Of a DNA stretch of 64,000 nucleotides, positions 16,578 to 25,545 are shown one piece after another. Made by a program: the position numbers and the translations under genes. This stretch comes from a virus, in IMG/VR virus record IMGVR_UViG_3300026183_000827, one strand, 5' to 3'. Under the pieces are notes generated by a model. It saw only the letters and a program-made list of their open reading frames with translations, was not told the origin of the DNA and did not search any database. The first letter of the stretch is position 1, and the number at the start of each line of letters is the position of its first letter.

Positions 16578-19436
16578 TTAAGCTGGCGGTAACACTGTTA
16601 CTGTATCAGAGGCTGTTAACGAACCGCCGCTTCCTGATACTGTCATTGAAATAGTATACGCACCTTGTTGTGAGAAACTAATATTAGGTGTATAGTAATT
16701 GTCGCCAGGTGTATAATCTACTACATCTGTTTCTGTAGTTGCATCTGGTTTAGTTACTGTATATTCAACTGAGTCAATGTCACCTGTTGCTTGTAGGAAG
16801 CCTCTTCCTGTAGTGCCAAATGCTACAGTTTCAAATAATCCTGCCCATTCAGGGGCTACTAACCAAGACGGACTTACAGGCTCTACAGTATTTACAACAT
16901 CAAATGTTATAATTTGCTCTAACGTATCATTTGACGCATTACTAATTGATAATGTTGCTGTTTTAGTTCCGAGCCCGCCATAGTTTGTGCCGTCAAAAAC
17001 AATTGCACCGGTAGTTCCACTTGGTAAATCGAGTGAGCTGTAATTAACACCAAAATCGGTTGTAATTGAAGCTGTGATTGCATTTGAAGTTGCATAAACT
17101 AGTCTTAGAGGATCGCCTATTTCAACTTCGCTTAATGGATCTGAATAGAATGCTGAAATTGTTGGTAGCGGTGCGCTAACTGGGATTTCTGTTGTTGCAG
17201 AAACGCTGCCGCCGGCGTTAGTAGCAGTAAGCGTAGCAACAAGGTTTCCTGTTCCGTCTGCTTCTTCTAGTACAATTACATTACTACTACCTGTAGCATT
17301 TGTACTATCTGTAGTTGATGCAATGCCTAGACCTGAAATAGAAACATTTATCGAATCAGCATTAGATACGTCCCATGATGTAAACACTGGATCTCCCCAA
17401 TATGCAGGTGATCTGTTCCATGCAAAGCTGTTTACGACAGGTACTGCAATAGGTGCGTCTGGCGTTGTTTCATCTATACTTGTATCATTTACTGTAATAC
17501 TTGCTGTAGCTTTTCCGTTATCAAGTGCTACAGTCATTGTTTGATTACCTTCTGTTAAATAGTCAGCTACAACATTGTAGTTTTTAACTGCTGTATTACT
17601 ATAAACTGTAAAGTAATCAGTTAGTTCTGCAGAAATACTTCCACCTGGTGTGCCTCTATCAATAGCAACACCTGCGTCTGTTCCAGCAATAAAGTCTTTA
17701 CTATTAGTTAATGACCTAGTAGCGTCTGATTCCCCTCCAGAATAATCTAAATATTCTAATGGAATTGTATTTAGGCTAGCTGCATAGAAAAAGTTATTTC
17801 TAAATGTAGCTTCTGCTTGACCTAAACTTAATATGTCGTTTACCCAATACGCAATACCTGCTGCACCTGGATTTCTAAATAATCCATATCTAGTACCTAA
17901 TGATGTTGAATATTCGTTATTAGATGTATAATAAGGTAACACTATATCTTTTGTAAGCAATACTTCAGCTTTTGTAAAACCATCCCAGTATACTTGTCTA
18001 AATTCGTCATACCAATCGTCCCAGTCGTATGTGCCGTCTGCTAGATCTTCTCTTTCTATGCCACTGATTGTAAATGGTACTTGTGTGCCATTGGTAATAT
18101 TTGTTGTTGTAAGCGTAAAACTAATAGTTCCGCCCTCATTAATACTCACAGAACTAGGACTTAGGACATATGTAGCTTCAGTTGGCTCTGTGCTTGTATC
18201 ATTAACTGTAACCCTTGCGGTTGCTTGATTATTATCAAGTGCAATGTCAAAGAACTCTATACCTTCTGTAGCTTCGTCAGCAAGTACAGAGAACGTAGCA
18301 ACTGCAACTCCTGCTCCATTTAATACAAATGTTCCAGTTAGTGAACCTGATAATAAATCGTCTGCTGTTACGCCTGAAATTGTATATGGTACGTTTGTTC
18401 CTGAAGCAACATTAAATGTACTTAATGTAACTGTAAACGGTGATCCTTCATTTACAGCAGAAACACTAGGTGTAAGTATGTACCTAGGTCCTGATCCAGG
18501 TGTAGATCCTGTTAAATCTACACTTGTAAATACACCAGGAGCAGGTACGCTTACTTCACCTGTTGCTCTATATAAACTTACTACACTTCTTAGTGTGCCA
18601 TCGACATTATTATCTATAAGGTTGTCAGTTACAACATCGTTAAATTCTGCTCTAAAAGAAATTTGGGTTCCGCTAATTGCTCTAGCTTTTAATTGAAATG
18701 TATTTCCAGCATATATTCCACTGTATGATCCAGAACCAATTTTACTATACACTGTTTGGTAAGCTGTAGTTAAGTCAAAATTTCCTATAGCTGCGCCGGA
18801 ACCTGAACTTGCACTAGTTCCGTTTGCATCAAAAGATATAATACCAATTTCATTTGTTAATGCTGCCCAATCTAATCCTTTTGGTGTAGAAGCATTTGTA
18901 TTGGAGGGATCCAATCTTATTTGGCCACCTGTATTAAAAAAATGTCTTCTAGCATCTGCACTAAAAAATGTTACAATAAACTCGTGATATATTAATCCGT
19001 TCCATGTACTTGTTCGAGTAGATGTAGCTGCTGTTACAAGTCCTGCTTGACTAGGATCAATTGAAACCTTGTCTATTTCTACTAAACTCATTAGATCTTC
19101 AAAATCTGAAATTCCTTTCTTAGTACCGGCTGGATCAGATGATACTAAACCACTATTGTTTACAATAAAAGAAGTTTCGTCAGCAACAACGTTTTGGTTT
19201 TCTAGAAGTTCTGCAACACTTGTAACACTAGGGTGGCTAGGACCAACTTGGTGTATTCTAGCTTTAATAATATCTGCATATAAAGCATTAACATGATCTG
19301 CGTCAATAATGTCTCCAGGTAGCACTTGAGTGCTTTCTAATGTTTGACCATATCCTGTTTGACCCGATCCGTTACCTAATACTAGCTCTATTCTAGATTG
19401 CAGATTGTTAATTCGTGCTGCTGTAATTTCTGCCAT
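16578..19436 (-). CDS. Virion tail-associated protein with Calx-beta/Ig-like repeats and a DUF4214-like insert
   Basis: Two repeats Y.L.PS....NEG...F.L.T.N...GT.VP.TISG...AD..TEG....LDN..A....VNDTS, followed by Ser/Thr-rich Ig-like C-terminal domains. Confidence 0.6.
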   Translation of the reverse strand: MAEITAARINNLQSRIELVLGNGSGQTGYGQTLESTQVLPGDIIDADHVNALYADIIKARIHQVGPSHPSVTSVAELLENQNVVADETSFIVNNSGLVSSDPAGTKKGISDFEDLMSLVEIDKVSIDPSQAGLVTAATSTRTSTWNGLIYHEFIVTFFSADARRHFFNTGGQIRLDPSNTNASTPKGLDWAALTNEIGIISFDANGTSASSGSGAAIGNFDLTTAYQTVYSKIGSGSYSGIYAGNTFQLKARAISGTQISFRAEFNDVVTDNLIDNNVDGTLRSVVSLYRATGEVSVPAPGVFTSVDLTGSTPGSGPRYILTPSVSAVNEGSPFTVTLSTFNVASGTNVPYTISGVTADDLLSGSLTGTFVLNGAGVAVATFSVLADEATEGIEFFDIALDNNQATARVTVNDTSTEPTEATYVLSPSSVSINEGGTISFTLTTTNITNGTQVPFTISGIEREDLADGTYDWDDWYDEFRQVYWDGFTKAEVLLTKDIVLPYYTSNNEYSTSLGTRYGLFRNPGAAGIAYWVNDILSLGQAEATFRNNFFYAASLNTIPLEYLDYSGGESDATRSLTNSKDFIAGTDAGVAIDRGTPGGSISAELTDYFTVYSNTAVKNYNVVADYLTEGNQTMTVALDNGKATASITVNDTSIDETTPDAPIAVPVVNSFAWNRSPAYWGDPVFTSWDVSNADSINVSISGLGIASTTDSTNATGSSNVIVLEEADGTGNLVATLTATNAGGSVSATTEIPVSAPLPTISAFYSDPLSEVEIGDPLRLVYATSNAITASITTDFGVNYSSLDLPSGTTGAIVFDGTNYGGLGTKTATLSISNASNDTLEQIITFDVVNTVEPVSPSWLVAPEWAGLFETVAFGTTGRGFLQATGDIDSVEYTVTKPDATTETDVVDYTPGDNYYTPNISFSQQGAYTISMTVSGSGGSLTASDTVTVLPPA

Positions 19437-19445
19437 GACGATCCC

Positions 19446-20921
19446 TTATACCTTTAGAACACATTCTACTAGTTTTTCACCCTCGTCAAAGTTGCTTTCT
19501 AATGCAATGCCAACAACTGAACCTCCATTAATTGCTGTACTTGCACAACCATTGTCGTCAACATATACAGCATCGCCTTTTGCAACTGGTCCAATTACTC
19601 TTACAGGCAATCGTCCTTTTAGACCAATGTATTGTCCTTCTGCATCACTATTCATCATTACAGCAGGATCTGTTGATACAACACCAATTGCTATACACCC
19701 TCTATTTGCAGCTTCAACTTCATGATCATCGTGTTTGCATACACAAACAACTGTGCCAGGAACAAGTTCTTCGCTTGTGCTATATTTTTCTGCTAAGTCT
19801 GCATATCTTGCTTGTGTAGCAGTACCTTGGAACAATGTTGCACTTAGGTTACCTGTAGCATCTCTTACTGCAACAGTATTATTTGATGTTGCAACTGAAG
19901 CAGTTCTATAATTTCCCGAACCATCATTAAGTGTTGCAGCTTTAGATGCTATGCCTACAAAGTTAGTAGCATAAACATCATTCCATACAAGTGATGCACT
20001 ACCTAAATCAAATGTATTGTTTGTTGCAGGATTAAATCCTGCACTTGTAAATGTAGCTACATGTGTTTCTTGTCCAGTGCCATTTGTTGCTTTAAATTTT
20101 ATTTTACTGTTTAATCCAGTAATGTTAGAAATAACACCTTCTGTGCCGTTTTCAACTTTAATTCTTAAATCTTGGCTATCACCAATTTGTACACCTGCAT
20201 CTGGGAATGTTACAACTGTATTAAAATTTGGATTTGTTGTTTTAACAAACTGATCTGCAGAAAATCCTTCTAGTTTATCTGAGTTAGATGCAGTGCCTTG
20301 GAACCTGTGTGCATCTGATGTTACACCTGAGGACGAATTGATAAGTGTTATACCTTTAGTAATTACATTAAATGCATCAAGATTTTTAAGGGCTGTTTCA
20401 CTTGCTGCTAATGTAAACGTACTACTACTAATAATCATTACAACGTTATCATTAATTGTACCAGTAATTATACTTCTTGTTGCGCCACCGTCATCAAGTA
20501 CTTCTCTACTTTGCATTTGGGTTACGCCTTCGCCTGCATTCTGTGGGCCAATTAATATAAATGCTGTTCCATTATAAACATACAATTGATCATTGGCATT
20601 ATCCCACCAAAAATCACCTTCAGCAAGTCCTGCAGGTTCGTCTGCACCTATTTCGGCACCACCAGTAGTTCTCCACTGTGTACCATCATAAAATTTAAGT
20701 TTACTGTTGCCACTATCAAACCAAACTTGTCCGCTAATTGGTCTTGCTGGTTGATTTGCTCCACTAAAATTTTCTAGCAAAAACAGGAAGTTTTCATTCT
20801 GGATTTCTCCATAACCTGCATAGTTTTTACCTATAAACTTAAGATCAGTAGTTTGATCTACTGTTCCGTCCTCTACTGTAGTAAGTAGTGTATTATTGTA
20901 TCTATCAATTTGATATGCCAT
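19446..20921 (-). CDS. Tail fibre with C-terminal intramolecular chaperone (peptidase G2/IMC-like) domain
   Basis: Shared N-terminal baseplate-anchor motif (GKNYAGYGE..ENFLFLLENF..GQVWFD); C-terminal YADLAEKY..GTVV..GVVSTDPA.MMN..GLKGRLPVRV.G.V.KGD. Confidence 0.7.
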   Translation of the reverse strand: MAYQIDRYNNTLLTTVEDGTVDQTTDLKFIGKNYAGYGEIQNENFLFLLENFSGANQPARPISGQVWFDSGNSKLKFYDGTQWRTTGGAEIGADEPAGLAEGDFWWDNANDQLYVYNGTAFILIGPQNAGEGVTQMQSREVLDDGGATRSIITGTINDNVVMIISSSTFTLAASETALKNLDAFNVITKGITLINSSSGVTSDAHRFQGTASNSDKLEGFSADQFVKTTNPNFNTVVTFPDAGVQIGDSQDLRIKVENGTEGVISNITGLNSKIKFKATNGTGQETHVATFTSAGFNPATNNTFDLGSASLVWNDVYATNFVGIASKAATLNDGSGNYRTASVATSNNTVAVRDATGNLSATLFQGTATQARYADLAEKYSTSEELVPGTVVCVCKHDDHEVEAANRGCIAIGVVSTDPAVMMNSDAEGQYIGLKGRLPVRVIGPVAKGDAVYVDDNGCASTAINGGSVVGIALESNFDEGEKLVECVLKV

Positions 20922-20947
20922 TGTGTCAAGCCCCTAAGTATTATACT

Positions 20948-20954
20948 TATTTAT
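20948..20954 (-). promoter_or_regulatory. T4-like late promoter
   Basis: ATAAATA in the intergenic gap upstream of 20921. Confidence 0.55.
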
Positions 20955-20958
20955 TCAA

Positions 20959-22860
20959 TTATGGATATGCAGTGTCACTTACAAAATTCCATGCTGATCC
21001 GTCCGATTGGAAGGTTAAAAGTTGTCTAGTTGGTGTTAGTACAGCACTACCAGATGCTGTTGTATTAGCAACAATGTCTTGTATAACTGCGCCGGTTCCG
21101 CCGCCAGCTAAGTCGACATCTATATACGATTTTTGTAGAACCCCTGTATTATTGTCTGCAACAGATACATTAATACCACTAACTGTGGCGCCTGCATAAG
21201 ACGTTGCGTGTATTCTTGCCGGTTTGCCTGCATTTTCTGGTGCAGCAGGATACAAATCATCTAAATAGTCTGATAAACTTGTATATAAAGTAGCACCAGA
21301 TCCTAGTCCAGTAATATCCATAGAAAACACAATAGGTTCTGTAGCAACTACATTGTCAACATAATACTTTGTAGCAGCATCTTGATTTTCTGTAGGATCT
21401 GCTATCCCTGTAATTTTTTGACTATCGGTTACATGTATGTCTCCAAAACCTGTAATCGATATGCCTCTGCCATCGCCGTCTACTGCATTTGATGCAATAT
21501 TTAAAGTAGTAGCACTTTGAATAGTATTACCATCTATTCCTATACTATCTACATTTAGATATTGTAGGGTTCCTACTCTTACTAAACCAGTAGCATAAAT
21601 TATACTCGAACCTAATCTATCATTTAATACTTTATCTACTCCAGCAATTTTATAAGTTGAAGTTGTTGTAGTTAAATCTATATTAGAACCTGAAGTCCAT
21701 GCATTAGCAGTATTTTTCCAAACAAAAGTTTTATTTCCAGAACTAGATAATAGTGTTAGGCCGCCACCGTCTACAACAGTATTATCACCATAACTACCAC
21801 CATTAACATGTGCTAGCTCTATATTTTTGTCTTCAACTAACAATGTAGCAGTTTCAACTGTTGTAGTATCACCTTCAACAACAAGATCTCCAGTTACTCG
21901 TAAATCTCCGTTTATATCAAACGTATATTCAGGCGTATTAGTAAAAATACCAATTTTTTCTTCAGATGCATCAATATACAATGCATCGATAATTACTGCT
22001 CCAGACGGTGTAGTTCTAACTCTTAAACTAATATCATTATCTAGAAGTTGATTTTCAAAGTAAAAACGTGGGCCTACAACTTTTTGAACATGGTTTTGCG
22101 ACAGACCAATTGTTATACCACCTGAATTTTGTACTGTTAATGTACCTACTGTAACACCGTTAGCATCAGAAGGTAAAAATTGGTCAGCTGTTCTAGTTAT
22201 TCCTGAGCCTGTTATAAGAGCATTTGCTCCGCTTGCTGTTCCGTAAAACTTAAAGTTTGTTGTATCTATGACATTTATGCCTTCGTATATGATGCCATTA
22301 GGATTATCATCTGTTACTAAACCTAAAATTCTTTGGCTATACACTGGTGTAAATGTAAGTCCACTCATTACTGCTACTAGTTCGCCACCAATATATAAAT
22401 TAGCAAGAGTTCTTGATCTAGATTGAGTATCAAGTATGCTTTCTATTTGAAATCCACTTAATCCTTGTGAGTCTGCATACTGAGGTCCTACTAATAGAAG
22501 ATCATTTCCGTCAAAAGCATAAAGTTGATTTTTTAAGTTATCAATCCATAAATCGCCTGCAACCATTTGCGGACGAGTATCTTGTACATAAGGTCCACCA
22601 CTAGCTTTCCATGTTGTTCCATCATAGATTTTTAATCTTTGATCTGCTGTGTCATACCATAATTGACCAACTAATGGATTACTAGGGGCAGCAGTATTTG
22701 AAAAATTCTCTAAAAGTTTAATAAAATTTTCGTTAAAGTATTCGCCGTAACCTGTATAATTTCGTCCTACTAACACAAGGTTAGTAGATGAGTTATCTAT
22801 TTGACCATCTATTAATTCTGTTAGTAATGTTCCATCTGTTTTGTTTAATTGATAACTCAT
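20959..22860 (-). CDS. Tail fibre / baseplate-attached fibre protein
   Basis: Same N-terminal domain as both neighbours; GDLRVTGDLVVEGDTTTV and DPTENQDAATKYYVD fibre motifs. Confidence 0.7.
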   Translation of the reverse strand: MSYQLNKTDGTLLTELIDGQIDNSSTNLVLVGRNYTGYGEYFNENFIKLLENFSNTAAPSNPLVGQLWYDTADQRLKIYDGTTWKASGGPYVQDTRPQMVAGDLWIDNLKNQLYAFDGNDLLLVGPQYADSQGLSGFQIESILDTQSRSRTLANLYIGGELVAVMSGLTFTPVYSQRILGLVTDDNPNGIIYEGINVIDTTNFKFYGTASGANALITGSGITRTADQFLPSDANGVTVGTLTVQNSGGITIGLSQNHVQKVVGPRFYFENQLLDNDISLRVRTTPSGAVIIDALYIDASEEKIGIFTNTPEYTFDINGDLRVTGDLVVEGDTTTVETATLLVEDKNIELAHVNGGSYGDNTVVDGGGLTLLSSSGNKTFVWKNTANAWTSGSNIDLTTTTSTYKIAGVDKVLNDRLGSSIIYATGLVRVGTLQYLNVDSIGIDGNTIQSATTLNIASNAVDGDGRGISITGFGDIHVTDSQKITGIADPTENQDAATKYYVDNVVATEPIVFSMDITGLGSGATLYTSLSDYLDDLYPAAPENAGKPARIHATSYAGATVSGINVSVADNNTGVLQKSYIDVDLAGGGTGAVIQDIVANTTASGSAVLTPTRQLLTFQSDGSAWNFVSDTAYP

Positions 22861-22863
22861 TTA

Positions 22864-24915
22864 TTATTGCCCCGTATAAATTATGTAGTTAACAGCTAGA
22901 TATGGGTTCATTGTATCTAGAGGTTGTGCAAGATCGCCAGTAGTTTTAACTCCTCCGCTTGCCGGATATGCTTGAGTACCGCCTGTGCCAGGATCAATTG
23001 TAAATGGTATTGCTTCTTCGTCAGTTGGTTCACCAGATCCAACCCTTAGACCGTAGTATTGAGCTCCTGTCGGTGCTTCCATATCGTGTTCGTGTTCAGG
23101 AAGGTTTTCTACATTAATATTTTTAGTTTCACTACCTGCGTTACCGCCTATTGCATCCGCTGCAATATCAGTAACACGATTTGCACTCGGTCCTCCCATA
23201 TTATCGAGACCTAATGCAAATCTACCTCTAAGATCAGGTAGTGCAAAAGTATTTACGCCAGCGTCTGATAACAAAGAAGCATCCTTAAAATTAAATCCTA
23301 TTGCATTATACAATTCTGTATAGTCTGATTTTTGAACTTCGCTGCCATCACAAAATAACCATCCCTGTGGCGCTTCTTCTCCGCCAAACGGCATAATTGC
23401 GCCTGCTGGTACTAACGGAATCGTTTTGAGGAAATTTCTTTTTGATATCCTATAAACTCCCGTTTCGCCTGTTTTAACATTTAATAATAATTCGTCTGCG
23501 TTACCTGCATCAAAGGTAACATCTTTATTAGCAATAAAACTATTTGCAATTTGTATATTGAAACTTTTGGTTGTGCCGCCCGTTTGACCGTCAAACTCAA
23601 AACTATTGTTTTCAACATCGCCTGTCACAGTAAAAGTCGTAGCACTTGCTAATCTGTCTGCAGAACCTGCTCTACCTGTAACCGTACCACTAACATTACC
23701 TTGAACATTACCTATAAATGTATTTGCAAATACTTGATTATATTTGTTATTAGTAGTACCTATGTTTCTTACACCAGATGAGTCAGGAGTAACATTACCG
23801 CTTACTAAGATGCCTCCAATATCAACATTTCCGCCAACATTTAGATCTAACGCAATGCCTGCACCACCGGATGTAATTATAGCGCCACTATTAATACTTG
23901 TGCTATTTGTTGTGTTTGCAACATTTAAAACACCTGTATCTGGGCTACCTTCTCTTGGCGAAATTTTTAAATTTCCTTTTACATCTAATTCTACTTCTGG
24001 TGCAGTTGTATTAACTCCTACAAATCCTTCAGAATCTAATCTCATTACAGTTGGCAGTGCAGATGATGTTTTTAATCTAAAATCTATGCTAGAACCTACA
24101 ATGTTTTGTTGCATCACTACAGCTTCATTTTCTACCCCTAATTTAAACTGGTTACCTGTTCCAACTGTAAGTCCTTCGTTGTTTTTAATTAAAATAGGAA
24201 AATTAGTTTGACTGTTAGCATTTGCTCTTAAAAAGTTTATAGCAGGTACTACTTCGTCTCCAATTACTAAGGCTTCTGCTTTTTCAGACACTCCATAATA
24301 TTTTAAGGTATCTGCTACCAGTGGTATACTAGTAATATTCATACCTGCTTTGATACCTTGTCTAAAACCAGGGATAACAGTTTTAGGAGTAAAAGCAGTG
24401 TCTGCTATAATTATAGCAGGATTATTTTTTATTTTAATTGTTAATACTGTGTAAACAGAATCATTTGATCCAGTAATATTTTCGGATACAGCTCCAGTTA
24501 ATAAACCGTCACTAAATTCAGGCCCAACTAACACCCATCCTGTTCCAGTAAAAAGATATAATTGCTGACTATCTGTGTTTACCCATAAATCACCAGCAGT
24601 GCTATTGCTAACTTCGGGTTGCGAAGAAGATTTTTTTAATCCTCCACTAGCAGTCCACGTAGTTCCGTCATAAACCTTTAATTGATTTACTCCGTCACTT
24701 GTATCGTACCATAATTGTCCTTCTACAGGTCTTTCTGGCGCATCACTATTTGCAAAATTTTCTAATAAGTGTAAAAAGTTTTCTGCTACTGCTTGGCCAT
24801 AGGATGTTACACCACGTCCTGCAAAAGTTAAACTGGTCTCAGTATTGAGCGTAGCGTCTTCAACTATTATTGTTCCTTTGTTTACACTGTCTGTATAACT
24901 AATTTGATATGCCAT
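22864..24915 (-). CDS. Short tail fibre with phage tail-collar domain
   Basis: VPAGAIMPFGG..APQGWLFCDG...LYNAIG...FALPDLRGRF, HEH, and C-terminal NPYLAVNYII. Confidence 0.8.
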   Translation of the reverse strand: MAYQISYTDSVNKGTIIVEDATLNTETSLTFAGRGVTSYGQAVAENFLHLLENFANSDAPERPVEGQLWYDTSDGVNQLKVYDGTTWTASGGLKKSSSQPEVSNSTAGDLWVNTDSQQLYLFTGTGWVLVGPEFSDGLLTGAVSENITGSNDSVYTVLTIKIKNNPAIIIADTAFTPKTVIPGFRQGIKAGMNITSIPLVADTLKYYGVSEKAEALVIGDEVVPAINFLRANANSQTNFPILIKNNEGLTVGTGNQFKLGVENEAVVMQQNIVGSSIDFRLKTSSALPTVMRLDSEGFVGVNTTAPEVELDVKGNLKISPREGSPDTGVLNVANTTNSTSINSGAIITSGGAGIALDLNVGGNVDIGGILVSGNVTPDSSGVRNIGTTNNKYNQVFANTFIGNVQGNVSGTVTGRAGSADRLASATTFTVTGDVENNSFEFDGQTGGTTKSFNIQIANSFIANKDVTFDAGNADELLLNVKTGETGVYRISKRNFLKTIPLVPAGAIMPFGGEEAPQGWLFCDGSEVQKSDYTELYNAIGFNFKDASLLSDAGVNTFALPDLRGRFALGLDNMGGPSANRVTDIAADAIGGNAGSETKNINVENLPEHEHDMEAPTGAQYYGLRVGSGEPTDEEAIPFTIDPGTGGTQAYPASGGVKTTGDLAQPLDTMNPYLAVNYIIYTGQ

Positions 24916-24921
24916 TTTTTA

Positions 24922-25524
24922 TTATCCTGTCAAACTTTGTACTCGTACTGTATAATCTATTTGTATTAAACGGTTGAGTGATTTTTGAACAGGATGGAAA
25001 ATAACATGTGTTAATAATCTACCAGTTCCTGTTGGACTATAACTCCTTAACCCTAATTCATCAAAAACATAAACATCATTTGTATTAGAAGCAGTGTCAA
25101 ATGCTTGTTGTCCTTCTGGCTCTCCATAATCAAGTAAACAACTTACTAATATATCTGTGTAATTAGTACCACTTAGGTGTCTTGTTTCAATTTTATTACG
25201 TGTAGGATCAGTGTTGTTTACACTACTGTCATCTACAATTTTTGTATATGTTTGATTATAAAGACTTGCATTTGTACCTGTAGAATTTGGAGTAAGGTAT
25301 GTGATAATACCTGTTGGATCAATATTTGTTCCGCCATTGCCGAAACTCATTTCATACACAAATCCTTCTCCTGCATTTGCAAGACTTTCGGCAAGTGCAA
25401 TGCTCATATTTTCGTAATGGATTGCATTTCTTTTGTTTATAAAAACTTCTTGTGAAGTAGGGTCAAATATTTTTATATGACCTTGTACTAATATTCCATG
25501 ATTATCTTGCATTATACTATCCAA
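24922..25524 (-). CDS. Putative baseplate/fibre-attachment structural protein
   Basis: 200-aa ORF within the baseplate operon, TTG start, FDELGL motif. Confidence 0.5.
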   Translation of the reverse strand: MDSIMQDNHGILVQGHIKIFDPTSQEVFINKRNAIHYENMSIALAESLANAGEGFVYEMSFGNGGTNIDPTGIITYLTPNSTGTNASLYNQTYTKIVDDSSVNNTDPTRNKIETRHLSGTNYTDILVSCLLDYGEPEGQQAFDTASNTNDVYVFDELGLRSYSPTGTGRLLTHVIFHPVQKSLNRLIQIDYTVRVQSLTG

Positions 25525-25538
25525 ATTATCCTATACTG

Positions 25539-25545
25539 TATTTAT
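25539..25545 (-). promoter_or_regulatory. T4-like late promoter
   Basis: ATAAATA overlapping the stop of the giant gene, about 15 nt upstream of 25524. Confidence 0.5.

Noticed and set aside
16087-18032. Inteins or DGR template/variable repeats as the explanation for the duplicated insert
   Set aside because: There are no Cys/Ser...His-Asn splice termini, the copies differ at all base types rather than only at adenines, and no reverse transcriptase is present in the window.
16777-24211. Many plus-strand ORFs of 65-155 aa opposite the tail genes
   Set aside because: They are antisense shadows of long, motif-rich minus-strand genes.
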